The position numbers were made by a program, and so were the translations under genes. A stretch of DNA of 58,913 nucleotides, filler included, from Choristocarpus tenellus KU-1152 (taxonomy: Eukaryota; Protista; Phaeophyceae): the NCBI GenBank assembly GCA_964200185.2. It is 12 parts of 12 records of this genome, joined end to end, with 100 filler letters (N's around TTAATTAATTAA, not from the genome) between each part and the next. Parts side by side here need not be neighbours in the genome. Positions count along the whole stretch, not along the records: positions 37,918 to 41,631 come from CAXNAD020018346.1; positions 41,732 to 46,065 come from CAXNAD020015065.1; positions 46,166 to 50,556 come from CAXNAD020014773.1; positions 50,657 to 53,411 come from CAXNAD020025020.1; 8 more parts are not named here. The stretch is one strand, 5' to 3'. How positions within the stretch are numbered: position 1 is the stretch's first letter; every line of letters begins with the position of its first letter. Below, one piece after another: positions 38,865 through 52,400 of this stretch. The notes below the pieces were generated by a model. The model was not told the DNA's origin and did not search any database. It was given only the letters and a program-made list of their open reading frames with translations.

Positions 38865-39699
38865 TCACACATTCTCACATTCTATGTTACTGGTTTTACA
38901 AGGTACACAGATCGAAAGTAACACTCAGCTGTGAGGAGGTGAGCCTCAACCTGGTTCTATTTTGTTGAGCTTGCTTAAGAAAAAGGCAACAAATGTTGGT
39001 CTTCAAAATTCTCTGATGTGGATGCTACCACTTGTCCTACTTTGCAGTCTGTGAGGGTCTTTCCATCAACTTGGAAAATTAGTCTGTCCGAAGTACAGAG
39101 CCGCAATTGTGTAAGAGAGATGATCTGCTATATTCCCGCCCTAACTCGGTCTCATGGTTCACCTTCCTCGGATTGAAGTGATTGTACAGGGGGAAACATA
39201 ACACAATAAAGAACAGAAAGCAAAATTTATACCAACTACAGCCTTACTAGGGACACTCAATATGTTGATATCTTTGTGTAACTGTTAACAATACGAGTCG
39301 AAATACTATGACAGCAAAAGGTAGTGTAAGGTAGGCGATGGAACAAAGTTGGAACTCCGTAGAATGAGAATGTTTCAGAAGGACATTCCAGAAAGAACTT
39401 CTTGAATCAGGTACTTGGTTCTAGATTTCTCATATGGTAAGATCTAGAGGTCTGGGAGTAGTGTAGGTTGGGTCCCAACTAGGTCACTTCCAAATCTCGA
39501 CCAAGCAATCCAGTTATACTTGAAAGAGAATATTGCAGGAGTGGTAGCTATGTGAGAGAATGAAACAAATAAAAACTGACTTCACAACATCAACAATCTT
39601 CTAGGACATATCAGAGAGATGCGAGAGTTGATCTCAAAGAGTCAAAGGAGAAAGTCGTGTCAGTAGAGACTGACGGGGGAACATCAATACGATATAGCA

Positions 39700-41450
39700 T
39701 TTCTGACTTTTGCTGCTGAAGGCAAATATACCTTATGTGTCTACAAGAAGAGAGGATGGCGAAAACTTCACGATGGAGCAACTCTGTCAGCAGGCAACTA
39801 CCACCGCACTTCAGCAAGCGATGGCAGCAGCAGAACAGCAGTCGCAGGCGGAGAAGGCTAGAATTAATCTGAAGGTCGACTGGCAGAGCTTTTCAGGAAG
39901 TGATGAAGACTGGCACAAATAGCGCAAGGTGACCTGGCACAGACAAGATCCCTTGGATGTGCGAATGCGTACTTCACATTGGAGCAAGATGATGTCAAGA
40001 TCGAATTGGCCGAATTTGACCTTGCAGGAATTGGTGAAGATAAACTGCACGATGAGGCAGAGGTTGCATGGAGATCACTAATCACCACGTGCAAGGGCAT
40101 GATGTTTAGTGGAGAGCACCGGATCACCAAGTGGAGCTTGGTGGGAGCTTATCAAGTACTATGAGGGGGAGGGGGGTTCACTGAGCAACACCGCCTGCAG
40201 CGAGAATTCAATTCCAAGAGGATGGATTTGGGAGAGGACCTGTGAAGCTTACCCCTCAGGTCGACCACATTGCAAATGAGCTGACTTAAGACACCAGTCA
40301 CAGAGGACCAGGTCAACATAGCCCTCGTCAGCAAGCTATTGAGCTAGTATGATATGGAGTCCAGATTTCTTGACGACAGCGAGGAAAAACTGTCAAGAAC
40401 AAAGATTGACGGGCTGATCAGACTGTGTTCCAAAAGGATCCAGCCAGAGAGGTTCAAGGCAGGAGCCAAGACGCTGTCAGTGCCGGGCAAGGGAACTTCT
40501 GTAACGTTTCAGCTATGCTCCAAGCAAGCAGGAGAGGAAGGTGCCGTTCAACGGAAATTGTTTTCAATGTCACAATTGTGAACACCGTACTGAGGACTGG
40601 CGCAGCAAAGGAAAGAATAAAGAAGTGAAGAACTCCAACAACAAGAAAAAGTCCAGAAGATGCTATATTTGTGATGATCATAGGTATTTTGTAAGGAATT
40701 GACCTCACCGAGGATGCAGGGCTAGCGACAATATGGGCACAACTTCCAGACCAGGAACACTTGGGAGATTGATGACTGTTTCTTATGAAGTGATGGGTGC
40801 AGTTTCTAGTGCTGCTAAACCAGGCGCAACAGAATGTCAAGAGTAGGCCGTAGATTCGAGAGCAATGGAACACCTGACTTTTGGCCCAACAGCAATGGAA
40901 AATACGAGGCTACAACCCCAGCCAACATGATGTAGATCGCATATGGTGAACACCTACCTGTTAAAGGGAGCAGGAAGCGGAAACAGAACGTTACACGTGT
41001 ACCTGAGCTTGGCCGCAACTTGCTGTCAACCAGGAAAGCAGCATATATGAGCGGCAAACCAGTCGTATTTTAATGTGACAAGGCGTTAATGGGAACAGAC
41101 AAGGATGTGTCTAGCTTCGACAAAGTCGACTCAGGGCTGCACTTGACGGAGGTCAAACGGAGCGCTGCACAAACAGTGACCCTAGAACACCTACTGGTCA
41201 ACGAGGTATTAATATGGAGATGCACCGTCTACTAGGACATACAAATGAGTAAATCACGAGAAAGACGGCGGCAACAACTGGAATCACATTGATGGGTGAG
41301 TGGAAACCCTGCATAGGGTGTTCTAAAGCCAACACTCACCATCATGCAATGTTGAAGATGACGCAAACTAGAGCAACCAGAGAAACTGGACTGTGTCTTC
41401 ATTGATCTTACTGGAATAATGCAAGTGCCGAGCTTTGGAGGAACGTGTTG
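39700..41450 (+). mobile_element. Degenerate Ty1/Copia LTR-retrotransposon gag-protease-integrase fragment
   Basis: In order: gag-like KVDWQSFSGSDEDW and AWRSLITTCKG, protease DSRAMEHLT (~40853, DSGA..H type), NVTRVPELGRNLLS (~40987), integrase zinc finger HRLLGH..E...GEWKPCIGC (~41223-41322) and VFIDLTG (~41395). Protease followed directly by integrase indicates Copia order. Many stops are present. Confidence 0.88.
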
Positions 41451-41780
41451 AAACCTTAGTTCGTATGTGCTGTGCATTGTTGTGCTGTATCTAGTTTGTG
41501 GCGAAGGATGTCATAGTGCAACAAAGCACTGTTGAATTTGTTCTGGTAGGTGTGAATTGTTAAAGTATCCCCAAAATCATCAAAGAGGATAAAGGTGATA
41601 AACCCGACGAGATTGCTTGGTGTCTGTAGAGNNNNNNNNNNNNNNNNNNNNNNNNNNNNNNNNNNNNNNNNNNNNTTAATTAATTAANNNNNNNNNNNNN
41701 NNNNNNNNNNNNNNNNNNNNNNNNNNNNNNNGTGAAAAACGGACGCCGACACCTCCCCCCAGATACTTTGACCCCAGTAG

Positions 41781-41846
41781 ATTATAGATATTAGGGACAA
41801 GCTCATCTTGCAGCGTGAGCTGGACATTAAGGACCTCCTCTTAAAG
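41781..41846 (+). CDS. Possible isolated short exon, coiled-coil-like
   Basis: TAG|IIDIRDKLILQRELDIKDLLLK|GTGAGG. The donor is good, the acceptor is uncertain and no neighbouring exons were recognised. Confidence 0.3.
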
Positions 41847-44800
41847 GTGAGGGACCAAGAGCGGGGAAGGGACTGGAGAGGGTTTGTTGCTTGTAAGTGA
41901 ATGGAGAATACATTTCTGTTTGTCTTTGTCATCCCACTAGACCTCCTGTTTGTCTTTTGTGGTGTTAAGGTAGTGAACCGCTACAACAAATTTACATAGG
42001 GTTAGGGTTACAACAAATTTACATGATCATGATCCTCCAATTCAAAATTAGATAGTTTCATATTTTGCTCCACCAGTTATTTCTTCCCACTAACTATGGA
42101 GTATGTGCAATATGCATGCACTGCAAAAAATCTCAAACCAATTTCCTCATGGTGTCATACTACCACTTAGTGATCTATGTGCATCACCTCATGCACTGTC
42201 AACACATATCAATTCAGCAGAGATGAGGCGTGTCTCTATCTGATAACTTACTCAATCTAGCTACCCCCATGATATTTCAGTAGCACATGTTGGTCAAAAA
42301 ATACATATATGAGGGAGGGGAAGCATGGGATAGACTTGGAAGCCTTGACCTAATTTTGACAGATTGAGTGTGGTGCGAAATCAAAGCTCAACTCATTCCA
42401 GTACTGTCTGAGCAAGGATACACAAAACAAACTGTTTTGACAGAGTTTATGTCTCATAAAATATATAGGTATATAGTGAAGTCCCAATGCAAACTGCTGA
42501 TGTTATCCTACTCAAATGATAGTATTCAATGACATATGATGCAACATTGATAAGGTGGAACAACATGTCGAAGAATATGCATTAATCAAAAGAACAATCA
42601 AGAAAGTGCAATCAACCAGGAATTATTGGATTTGGTACTACCTCCAGCTCAACATCATGAGAATACAAATGAATTTCTGAGCCTCCTAAGAATCAAGTTA
42701 ATCTAAAAGGGGGTTAGGAAGATCAGTTCCTTCTCTGTGCAGGGAAAGAATTATCCCCCTTGTTGTTCCACCCAACACCACCCTACAATAGGTGGTGAAG
42801 AGCATAAATCAGGAAAGATTGACCGATGTCACTTTTCGAATGACTCTCTCCAGTCATCATAGCATATTCCCGCTCACAACAACAGTTCATAGTAGCACAC
42901 AAGTAACTGACTAACAAGTGAGAGTTCCACTTTCCATTTCATAGGCATTCTGCACACGTTTAACCTCAAAAATCCCAACCCTCACCCCAACAAGATTCTA
43001 TAGACATGTTTTGGATATAATACATTGCCGACAGGGGTATTCTCGTATTATGCGACTTTAGTAATCACTTCACCGTTACAACACTAAAGATACTAACATT
43101 ATGTAAGCTAAGCATTTCTAGTCTTGATGTTAGTAGCAGGAAATCGCAAAAATGCAAAAACAAGGACCTATCATACCCCAAACCTTACCCTTTGGACATA
43201 CCCTCACTGCTGGGAGTTGACCTATTGTTTCACACAGTGAACATGTCAGTCCTAAACTCCATGCACTTTGACGATCCATTCCCTTGAACTACAATTGTCA
43301 ATGACTGAAGAAATACATTGAGAAAACCTCAATTTAAAACAATACTTCATGGAAACATTTTGAACACAGACACGAAATATACTCCTCCATAAGTCGCACA
43401 AATCACTTTCCCTCACCTACTAACCCCTGAATAATTGTTACTCATAAAAAATATATTTTCTATATGTAAAAAAAAAATCTCTTCTTTTTGTAACTCACAT
43501 TCCTTGATTGGCACCAGTCGGATACATGACCACAACTCCACCATCAGGATTATGCCCAGAACCACCAAATTCCAAGATTCTGGCTTTACATGCATACAGT
43601 ATCCATACCCATACCCCCATCCCAACATCAACATGTGCCATAATTCACCAGTGTGTATGTAAGGCCAGAGGAAAGAGGTTTCAAAATCGTGTCGAAAAAG
43701 AGGGAAAGTATTAAGGAGAAGAAAAGGTCTGGACAAGGCATGGATGAACATCTCTACATGTATTCTTACTTGATGTATCTAGCGTAGTGTTGTCAATAGT
43801 GTCAAAAAAAGATCAAAGACATCAAAGGCAGTTGACCTTGTTCAAGTTGTGTTCAGACAACCTGTGAATTCGTAACACTACGAACATTTTTTCTACATCA
43901 ATAATAGTTCAGAGTCAGTGATCAATCAATTCTCAATCAACAAATAGTTAACCTCTGGCCTGATGGCACGCCACCTAAGGGGCATCCAGAACTTGGAAGT
44001 TCTATGAGCTTATTCTTCCAAACTGGGCGATCCTATAGACCATAATTTCCCAGAACAATACACACAACGACCAAAATTTTGGGTTAGAGTTAGGGTGTGA
44101 GAATCCTGTCAGGGAGTTGCACCAGTCATACCACAAAACCTCTGTTAACTAGTGCATAAGCATGTATGATTATATTCTTGTAAATCCAACATTGCTATCA
44201 TCACGGTCATGAACAACGGGGTCACAACAAGTTGGGAAATATTTCATTGTCATCACCCTCAAAATGTCGGTAGCTGAAGACAAAACTCTCCACGTATGTT
44301 GCATCTGCATCAACAAGAGTTACGCATGGTCTACATATAGCAATGAGTTCAAGGAAATGAACCATCCCAGTATATAGCAGGTCCCAAAATAAAACAAGTG
44401 GCAAATTTCCACTACCCAGGCTTTGTAGAGGGGACTGGCATTCAGCTTTTGAAGCAAAATATTTTACACTTGAAGTTGGCCATTCTTGCGAGGCCACAAA
44501 GTAAACAAACACCTACAACACCTACACCATCTCACACGAAGGTGGTGTCATTCCTGATCTCAGGCTGACCCATGATAATCTATATATGACATCTTTCAGG
44601 AACAAGATAATGCATAGTTCTGAAAAAAAAGGCAGCAAGCACGGACAGGGGGGCCTAAAGTACATCTGTCATGTAAAGTTCACAGTCCTCAAATCAACAC
44701 TGCTGCATCAATAAACATATTCTCCTAGGCAATACTGTACTTTTGCTGCATTAGTAGGTAGGTACTAAAGCATTTTTTGTCAAACAAAACAATATGCCCA

Positions 44801-45089
44801 TTGCCTTTACTTCAGACTCCAGACACATACCGTCAAATGCCACATTGCCCTAGCTTAGTGGCTACACTCATGAGCTCACAAAAGCAACATTGAGGGGTTC
44901 TAATATACCTCCGGATCAAAGACTGCCGAATCAGAGCCAGTCCCCCACCTGCTTGAGCAAAACAAGACCAGGTTGAGGTTGAACCTAACCCCTTGATTTA
45001 CAGTAATCAATGCCGCGGAAGCAGTGCCCCACTCAAGCATATGTTACATGTGTTACTGTCAGCCCAATAAAATTTGCAAGACTCACAAA

Positions 45090-45356
45090 GAGCCAAAGTA
45101 AATGAGAGGTACCCAGGTTTTGGTTGATTTTCATTTCAAGTGTGCTTTCAATCTTTCACAATCCACACACATTTCTATGAATGGAGTACCAAGTATGACT
45201 TGAGAGCATTTATTTCCCTATTGTTTGAAACATATCTGACACAATTCAGGAAATATCTGTACAAATTTGTAAAACACATTTCTAAAACACTAAATTGCAC
45301 ATATCTGATAGCATCCGTACGAAGCAACTCTGGGTACCTCTCACGGACTTTGACTC
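45090..45356 (-). mobile_element. MITE family B, best-preserved TIRs
   Basis: GAGCCAAAGTAAATGAGAGGTACCCAG ... CTGGGTACCTCTCACGGACTTTGACTC. Confidence 0.82.
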
Positions 45357-45733
45357 ATAAAGCAAACATTCTCAATCCATAATGGATTCAAATCCACTAC
45401 TTTGTTTTAGCTGACTTGGGCTGCCTCATATGAGACATGAACATTTTGTTACCCAAAACCAGAAACATACCCTTACGGGGCAAATAGTATCAGACTGTAT
45501 GTAACCAATTCATAATTTGACTTCGAATTTCCATCAGGAATAAAGTGCCTACTAGTGGATATATTGGATGGCATAACCAACTTTTGATTAAAATGCCTAT
45601 TTTCCACATATTTAACCTTCCAAAATATATTGCCAATCAATAACATGTACAAGTTTGAATCAATACTGATTGGTTGGATCCAAATCCAAATCAAAATACA
45701 GACATCCATGTGTAGCACGAGAAAGGTCACCTG

Positions 45734-45987
45734 GAGTGAAAGTATCTTAGAGGGTACAAGTTTTGCCCTGTTTGTCTATTAGGGGCTTGGCTTTAAACAG
45801 GTTTTCTTACGATATTTTCCTAGTATGAAATGTTTAGGAGTAGGTAAAATGTATACATTATGAAAAGGTGTGTCCAGAACATGGATATTGACGCTTCCTA
45901 ACAAACATGATAGCCAACAATACATCAAAATCGCAACATTGGATTTTGAACCCAAATAGACGCAGCTCTACCCTCTAAGATACTTTG
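45734..45987 (+). mobile_element. MITE family A, right TIR abutted by a family C terminus
   Basis: GAGTGAAAGTATCTTAGAGGGTAC ... TACCCTCTAAGATACTTTG, followed immediately by GGGTCAAATTTTCTGGGGGG. Confidence 0.88.
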
Positions 45988-46338
45988 GGGTCAAATTTTC
46001 TGGGGGGAGGGGGGGGGGTGGTTTGTGAGGGGGAGTCCGTTTCGGTCAAACAACTCTTTTTTTTCNNNNNNNNNNNNNNNNNNNNNNNNNNNNNNNNNNN
46101 NNNNNNNNNTTAATTAATTAANNNNNNNNNNNNNNNNNNNNNNNNNNNNNNNNNNNNNNNNNNNNCAATGGTCCCACCCCAAAACCGTAAACCTTTTTTT
46201 TTTCTTTTTTGTGTGAAAACAAAACCTTTCCCCCTTGCCCCCCCCCCCCCCTTCCCCCCCCCCAAATCCACACACGTGTGTACACACACAGATGGATGTA
46301 CGTCCATCAAGGGCGGTATGAAACTGTTTCCCTCTCAC

Positions 46339-47597
46339 CTGGCTTGGCAGAGGAGAACGCCACTCCACTATAGGCGTACCTGTCACACACTACAGTTGTG
46401 CCGGACATGAGGCGCCCTCGAAGGTCCCGCCTATTGCCCCATGGAACCATTAGAAAAGGGAGATAAGAAATTGGTTTCAGAATGGAAAAGGGAGTGAGAC
46501 GGGTATTTGAGAGGACAAGAAGGTAAGGCGGAAGAAGGGAAGGGGTGAGACTCAAGTCAGCTTGTCAACCTATTGCTGCAGTATGGAATTGAAGAGTGAT
46601 TGGGTATGAGATAGGAATTATAGTAGTGTGGCATTACAGAGCGAGCACCAAGTAAGTGGTACTGACCAAGACATTGCAACGAGTCTACTTACAACCAAAA
46701 AACGCATGTAGGTTCGGTTTCCTCGTGATGGATGGCTTCAAAGAACGAACGAAACGGGACTATTCTTGTTGTGTTACGATAACTTGGAGTAGAAAACAAG
46801 AGCAGTTTTCTGAAAGAAACAGATGAACATTTTCTTAATTTGCTTTTAATATTTGCAATCGACAGCCAAAACCAAGGGGAAAACGCGCAGTCGCTAGTGT
46901 GGGCAGGGGGCTTACTCGGCTTCCCAGCGATTGGCAGAGAACAAGAGGTGCACACAGCGGTCATCAATGTCCGTAGTGTTCTGTAGGAAGCTATTGATCA
47001 TCTTACCGATCGAAGTAGTTCGGTCTGGACCCACAGGATGGCGGGCAACGGCAGAAAGGTGAGGAAATGGAGAAAAATGGATATGAGAAGCAGAAAATAC
47101 AAAGGAATCAAGACATGGGATTAGCACAGGCAGATTGATATATAGGTTGAGAGGAAGAGTTGGGTTATGAGCACCGTGGCAAGATAGAGGGGTTCGAGGC
47201 GACAGAGCAGAGATCCAAGAGCTTACAAGACAGGGAAAATAGTAAGGCTAGAACAAGTATGACCAAGGTTGGAGTGGAGTCGAAGGTGAGTGAGGTAAGC
47301 ACTAAGACGAGCAAGTACCAGCGAGACAGGGTATAAAGAGCTTCCTAAAGGAGGGCCAAGTGAATCGAACGACCTACCACGAAATCGTTCACACAATCGA
47401 GAGGCGTCACCTGGAAATCGCATGAAACAGGCATCGTTGCCTGCGGCCTTGAGTCCCTCAACCAATAGGTTGGCCTGTGTTGTCTTTCCACATCGATCCA
47501 CACCTTCGAACAGAATGAATGCACCCCTTCGTGCAGCTGTAAATTCTCCATGAGAAGGTCCGCGCGTTCGATCTCTCCCATTCTCGGCATCAGTCAT
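46339..47597 (-). CDS. DTYMK: Thymidylate kinase (dTMP kinase), first three recognisable exons
   Basis: Exon 47597-47411 contains RGAFILFEGVDRCGKTTQ (P-loop) and RFP. Exon 47024-46916 reads DRTTSIGKMINSFL...IDDRCVHLLFSANRWE. Exon 46430-46339 reads GTTVVCDRYAYSGVAFSSAK. All junctions are GT-AG and phase-compatible. The true start may be further upstream. Confidence 0.95.
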
Positions 47598-48123
47598 TGA
47601 CCTTCTGGACAGGGGTTGCCTCAAGGAGGTCGGGCTGAGAGGTCGCCCGTGTGACGATGATTGCCTTGGTCCAACAAAAGCCTTGATAGCAGACACTCTG
47701 TGCTCACCCCTACAACACAATGAAATTGCCGTTATGGCCGTGGTGGTCAATAGGTACTTCGTCTTGACTTAAATTTGTGGAGACACAAGTCCCCCCCACT
47801 CTCAGTTGATTGATCAAAAAATTTGAATTATGGGTCCTTCTTGAACTCATAAGGCGTTGTCGGATTTGAATTTGTATTTCATCAAGACCACAAAAAAAAA
47901 CGAAACATTTGAAAATGTCAAAATATCTCCTCAACATCCATCCTCTTTAACAGGGTCCGTAGCTCGCCTGAGTGCGCTGGGCAACCACCAGGTTCTGTAC
48001 TAGTGGAGCGAGCACTTCGAAACGGACTGTGTTAGAATTTTGTATCCCTTACAGTAGGTGCTTAGGCACCGTACTGTGCAGAGATAAGTTGCCGCCAACT
48101 GATCCTCCATACTGGGTACAAGC
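47598..48123. promoter_or_regulatory. Putative bidirectional promoter between dTMP kinase and SAS-6
   Basis: Divergent ATGs lie ~526 bp apart within one contig. Confidence 0.55.
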
Positions 48124-50304
48124 ATGAGCATGGAAGATGACCTCGATCGAGACCGGCCCCTCTTCAATGGATCGGTGGCGGTGCAGGTCAAATATCCAGA
48201 CCACAAAAAATCACTAGGACTTACTGTGCGGGTGTTGCAAGGTTCTCGGTTGGCACCGGCGGGAAGTGGTGGCGGGCAAAGGGAAGGAATGTTCCACATC
48301 GAGCTCACAGACGAACTCGACCCCTATTTCCTGTACACTCTGCAGGTATGTTTAATTCTTCGAGAATTTCATGCTACTAGTATCTATAGCGCTGTATCCC
48401 TGAAGAGCATATGCCAAATCCTCACATTGGGGGTATAATCTTGGCCTTTCTCAGTTGCACATTCCACAGATCGCCCATATTTCTGTCTAGCTTGATGTCT
48501 GAATGGTAGACCACAGTATGTGTTTGGAGTGATATAATGCAAGGCATAGCCGGTTCCCTCCTTCGCCTAACCCTACACCCATGCACTCCTGTCCGTCTAC
48601 AGGTCGGAGAGGATGACTACCACCAACTGAAGCATGAACAATGCCTCCGAGTTGATTTCAAGTCCTTCCCACAAAAGTTCATAGAGCTCCTCCACAGCTG
48701 CCGCAGGGGGGCGGTCGGGAATGAAGACAGCGCACAAAACCTTCCGAGTCCCAGCGCTCTTAGCATGGGTGGCACTGGAGGGAGATACGACATTGGGGAG
48801 GGTGGAGGATGGGGAGGGAGTTACGGACTTGGCTCATCAGGAGAAGGGCAGGGGGGATATGCACCGTCATTCTTGGCTCGACTGGAAACGCAATCGGCAG
48901 ACGGTTGCCCGATTTTCTCGCTTATTGAAACTAACCCTTTCAAAGAGCTGACGCACCTAAGCTTGAGGTTTAGGGCAGGGAACGATGCTGCAATCAAGGC
49001 ATATCTAGCGGCACGCCTACGGCAGGTTTGTGCAAACCTTTTATACCCTTGTGTCTAAGTTTACTCACCTAAGGACATGCATATAGACGTATGTATGTAT
49101 AGTTGAGTGGTCCATCTTACATAGGCTTTGATACATGAATGGGAGGATTGGAGTTAAGGCCATGGATTTGAGATGATGGCTCGGAATAGTTGTTCCTTCT
49201 TTGTCTTGACCTTTCCAAATTTTGTGTAAACTGCACTCTCATCTGTTGGGCCCTACCAATGCATTGGCGTGTCACCTCAATGTGATATGTTGAGGAAGGA
49301 GGATCAGGGATAGTGATGACACAAAAATGAAGGTTACAAGGAACCGGGGAATGGGGTCTCAAAGCAGTCTCACACAGTTTCCTGAAGAATTTTGGCATTC
49401 AACCCGTACCACATGGTTTGCCAGAGTAAAGACTAAAGGAATCACACACACAAACACTCCTCATATTGATTTTGTGTCCCAATTTATCATATCTTCCATG
49501 TCATGCTTAATGGAGACCCTTCAGTTTGGGTATCTGAGATAAATTTTCCCCATCGAGAAGATCTTTTGACTCAGAGTTCATTATATAGAATGGCTACAAC
49601 ATATTACACCTCTGCTAGTATCATTTTTTTATTTTTTTAGTGTGGACAAAAACACATAGGATTTCGCGATCTCTACCCCAGTCAATTGAATTTGTTGCAA
49701 GTGTGGGACAAGGTTCTTGAGAGACATGCACGTATTGAGGGGGTTGGTGAAGAGATGCAAGACTTCTTCTCATCACCAATTCCGAGAATAGTAGCTTCAT
49801 GACTATCACAGGCGGTGTAGTATCACTGTGTTACTTGGTCAGCCAAGGAGGAAGAGTTGGGAGCATGGTTACCCTGTTTGACTGAGACAAAATAACAAGG
49901 ACTAGAATGGTGTATCAGTAACAGCGGCTCTCGGCACAGTGCTATTACTCACTATTGAATCAATCCTGGCTTCCTTCTATACCCCCCAACGATCCCCCCG
50001 TTAAACCTCTCCCCCTCCCCCACTCCTGTTTCCCTTGTGCCCTTGCCCAATCTTGTATCACTGGTTGGGCCTGCAGGTCAAGGCAGAGTCGGGGCAGGCT
50101 TCCCGCTCCCTAGCAGAGGCATCGTCAGCCCTGGCCCAGGAACGCTCCAGGGCGGCAGCCCTGTGCGAGGAGGCCAAGGCCCTGCGCCTGGACCGAGACA
50201 GGGACCTACGGGATCTACGGGCTGGGTTAAGCGCTGAAATCACTTCAGCAAGGGAAGAGGGGGTGAGGAAGGCGGAGGAGGCAGCCGCAGCCAGGACTGC
50301 TGAG
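48124..50304 (+). CDS. SASS6: Centriole cartwheel protein SAS-6, exons 1-3
   Basis: Exon 48124-48345 ends IELTDELDPYFLYTLQ. Exon 48603-49025 reads VGEDDYHQLKHEQCLRVDFKSFPQKFIELLHSC ... FSLIETNPFKELTHLSLRFRAGNDAAIKAYLA. Exon 50077-50304 is coiled coil. All are phase-0 GT-AG and carry SAS-6 head/PISA motifs. Confidence 0.95.
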
Positions 50305-52400
50305 GTGAGGCTGCAGTGAGAGGCATGAGAAGGTAGAAGGTGGTCTCTGGGCTAAAAAAAAATCTGAACACAACAACACTAGTTTGGAGAAGAACGCCCA
50401 CTTGTTGTTTGTTGAGCCTGCTACACCCCCATGTTAAATAAATAAATATATAAACTTCAACACAAGGCCTCTATTTTATTTTATTTTATTTTATTTTCTA
50501 GTGAGCAATTCGTTTCTATTGTCTTGAGGAGCCGCCACATTCAGTTGGGGAGGGGGNNNNNNNNNNNNNNNNNNNNNNNNNNNNNNNNNNNNNNNNNNNN
50601 TTAATTAATTAANNNNNNNNNNNNNNNNNNNNNNNNNNNNNNNNNNNNNNNNNNNNTACGGCAAAATATGTATGGAGTAAAAGAAAAATCAATTAGTGGT
50701 TGAGTTATCAGAACCTTTTACTAGTGATTAGTTGTATGATAAAATTTCTCATATAAAATAAATATTTATAATTTTATGGGGTGCTGCATGCCCCACTTAA
50801 CTTTAATCACTCTACAGACATCAAGCAATCTCGCTGGGTTTATCGCCTTTATCCTCTTTGATGATTTGGGAGATACTTTGACACATTTAAAATCCATGAG
50901 GATGCTGTGTTTGGACAAGAAGGTACAAATATTTGTTGTCCACTCTACAATGAAGGTTTTCCAAGTGTTAGGGTCACATGTGCCAGAAGGCAGGCACAGA
51001 AACCTATCACACTCAGCGACGCCCCCCTCAAGGAGTAGGAGGCTGTGACTTTGATCCATTATTTATTTCGTGCATATCTAGGTAGGAATCCATTGCCTCT
51101 ACAACAAGATGCGAAGCTATGGGTATTCTAACTCTCATGACACACCCTCACACACCCTATTTCAGAATCTGCCCATCTGATTCTGTGAAAAGTGCTGAAG
51201 GTGAAGATAATACTAAAGTATGGGCAGACTGGATGACTTCATGTTGTAAGGATTCCGGTTATGGTTGGTACAAAGGTAACACCACCAGTTCGCTCATCAT
51301 TTCATGTCCTTTGCCTCAATGTCAAAATTGTGATCAGGTTGGTCCACAAATTTCAGGAATGTTGGGAATTTGTTAGTAACAAGTGTGATCAGCATGGCTG
51401 GCGCAATGTTAAAGCCATCCGGTCTAGTATGGCCTTCACACACCTAAGTGTCAAATTCTTATCAGGAGTGCCATCCTCATTGTTAACAATGGAGGACAGT
51501 GAGTCGCTGCTTTGTAGAAAGCTGTGCATGATAGATATTGGCCATTGTGAGGTCCGACCTAATGCAAACTAGAGCAAAAATGACTTATCTGTTGTATATG
51601 GTAGATGTCCTTTGGGAGAAAGGTGCACCCAATGGACAGTACAACAAGGTAGTTTTTGGTTAAGGATCTGCCTACCTTACTGGTCTGAAACCCCCACGTA
51701 CACTTCTTTGAAGCATATTGCAGTTTTATTTCTACAGACGCAACCTAGCAGTTGTTCTTGTCCAAAAAGGGTACGTGCCAATACTCAATAATTGAGCCAA
51801 ACGAACTGAGAGGTAGGCAGGTTCGGACCCTTTTGATTTGTAAGCCATCTTTCTTACCCTGTACATTATTTCATTGCTTTATGCGCACAATAGTGTACCC
51901 AAAATTGATATTTCCCTTTTTCCTCACACAAAAGTTACACCACAATTCAGCAAACGCTCTTTCTCCAATTATTCGAAATTGCGTCGTTTTGCCCTTTCTC
52001 ACGATCCTTAGTGCAACGTTGCCTACCTTTCAAGTGGTCTGGCTCATTTTCAGTGTCCCCTTTTGTGAACAAGAAATGTTGTATCATGTCTTTATTTTCC
52101 AGTATATAGTAGCAAGAACTTACAGTACTTCGACAAAACAATTGGTTGCACCCAGCCAAGGTTGACTGGTGCCCTACAGGCACCATCGTGGGCAGCCAGG
52201 CAGACACAAGAGAGTCACGCCCACTAGTAACACCTTTGCATATGCGCAGAAATCTCTTTTTACCCTCTATCCTATATTGGATTGTAAATCATAGTTGAGT
52301 GTTCAACAGTGAGTGCTAAGACACAAGTGTGCAGGTCTTTTGAACATTGGATGGTACATACCAATACTTTCAAGAGCATACTTAATATAATTTTCGACAC

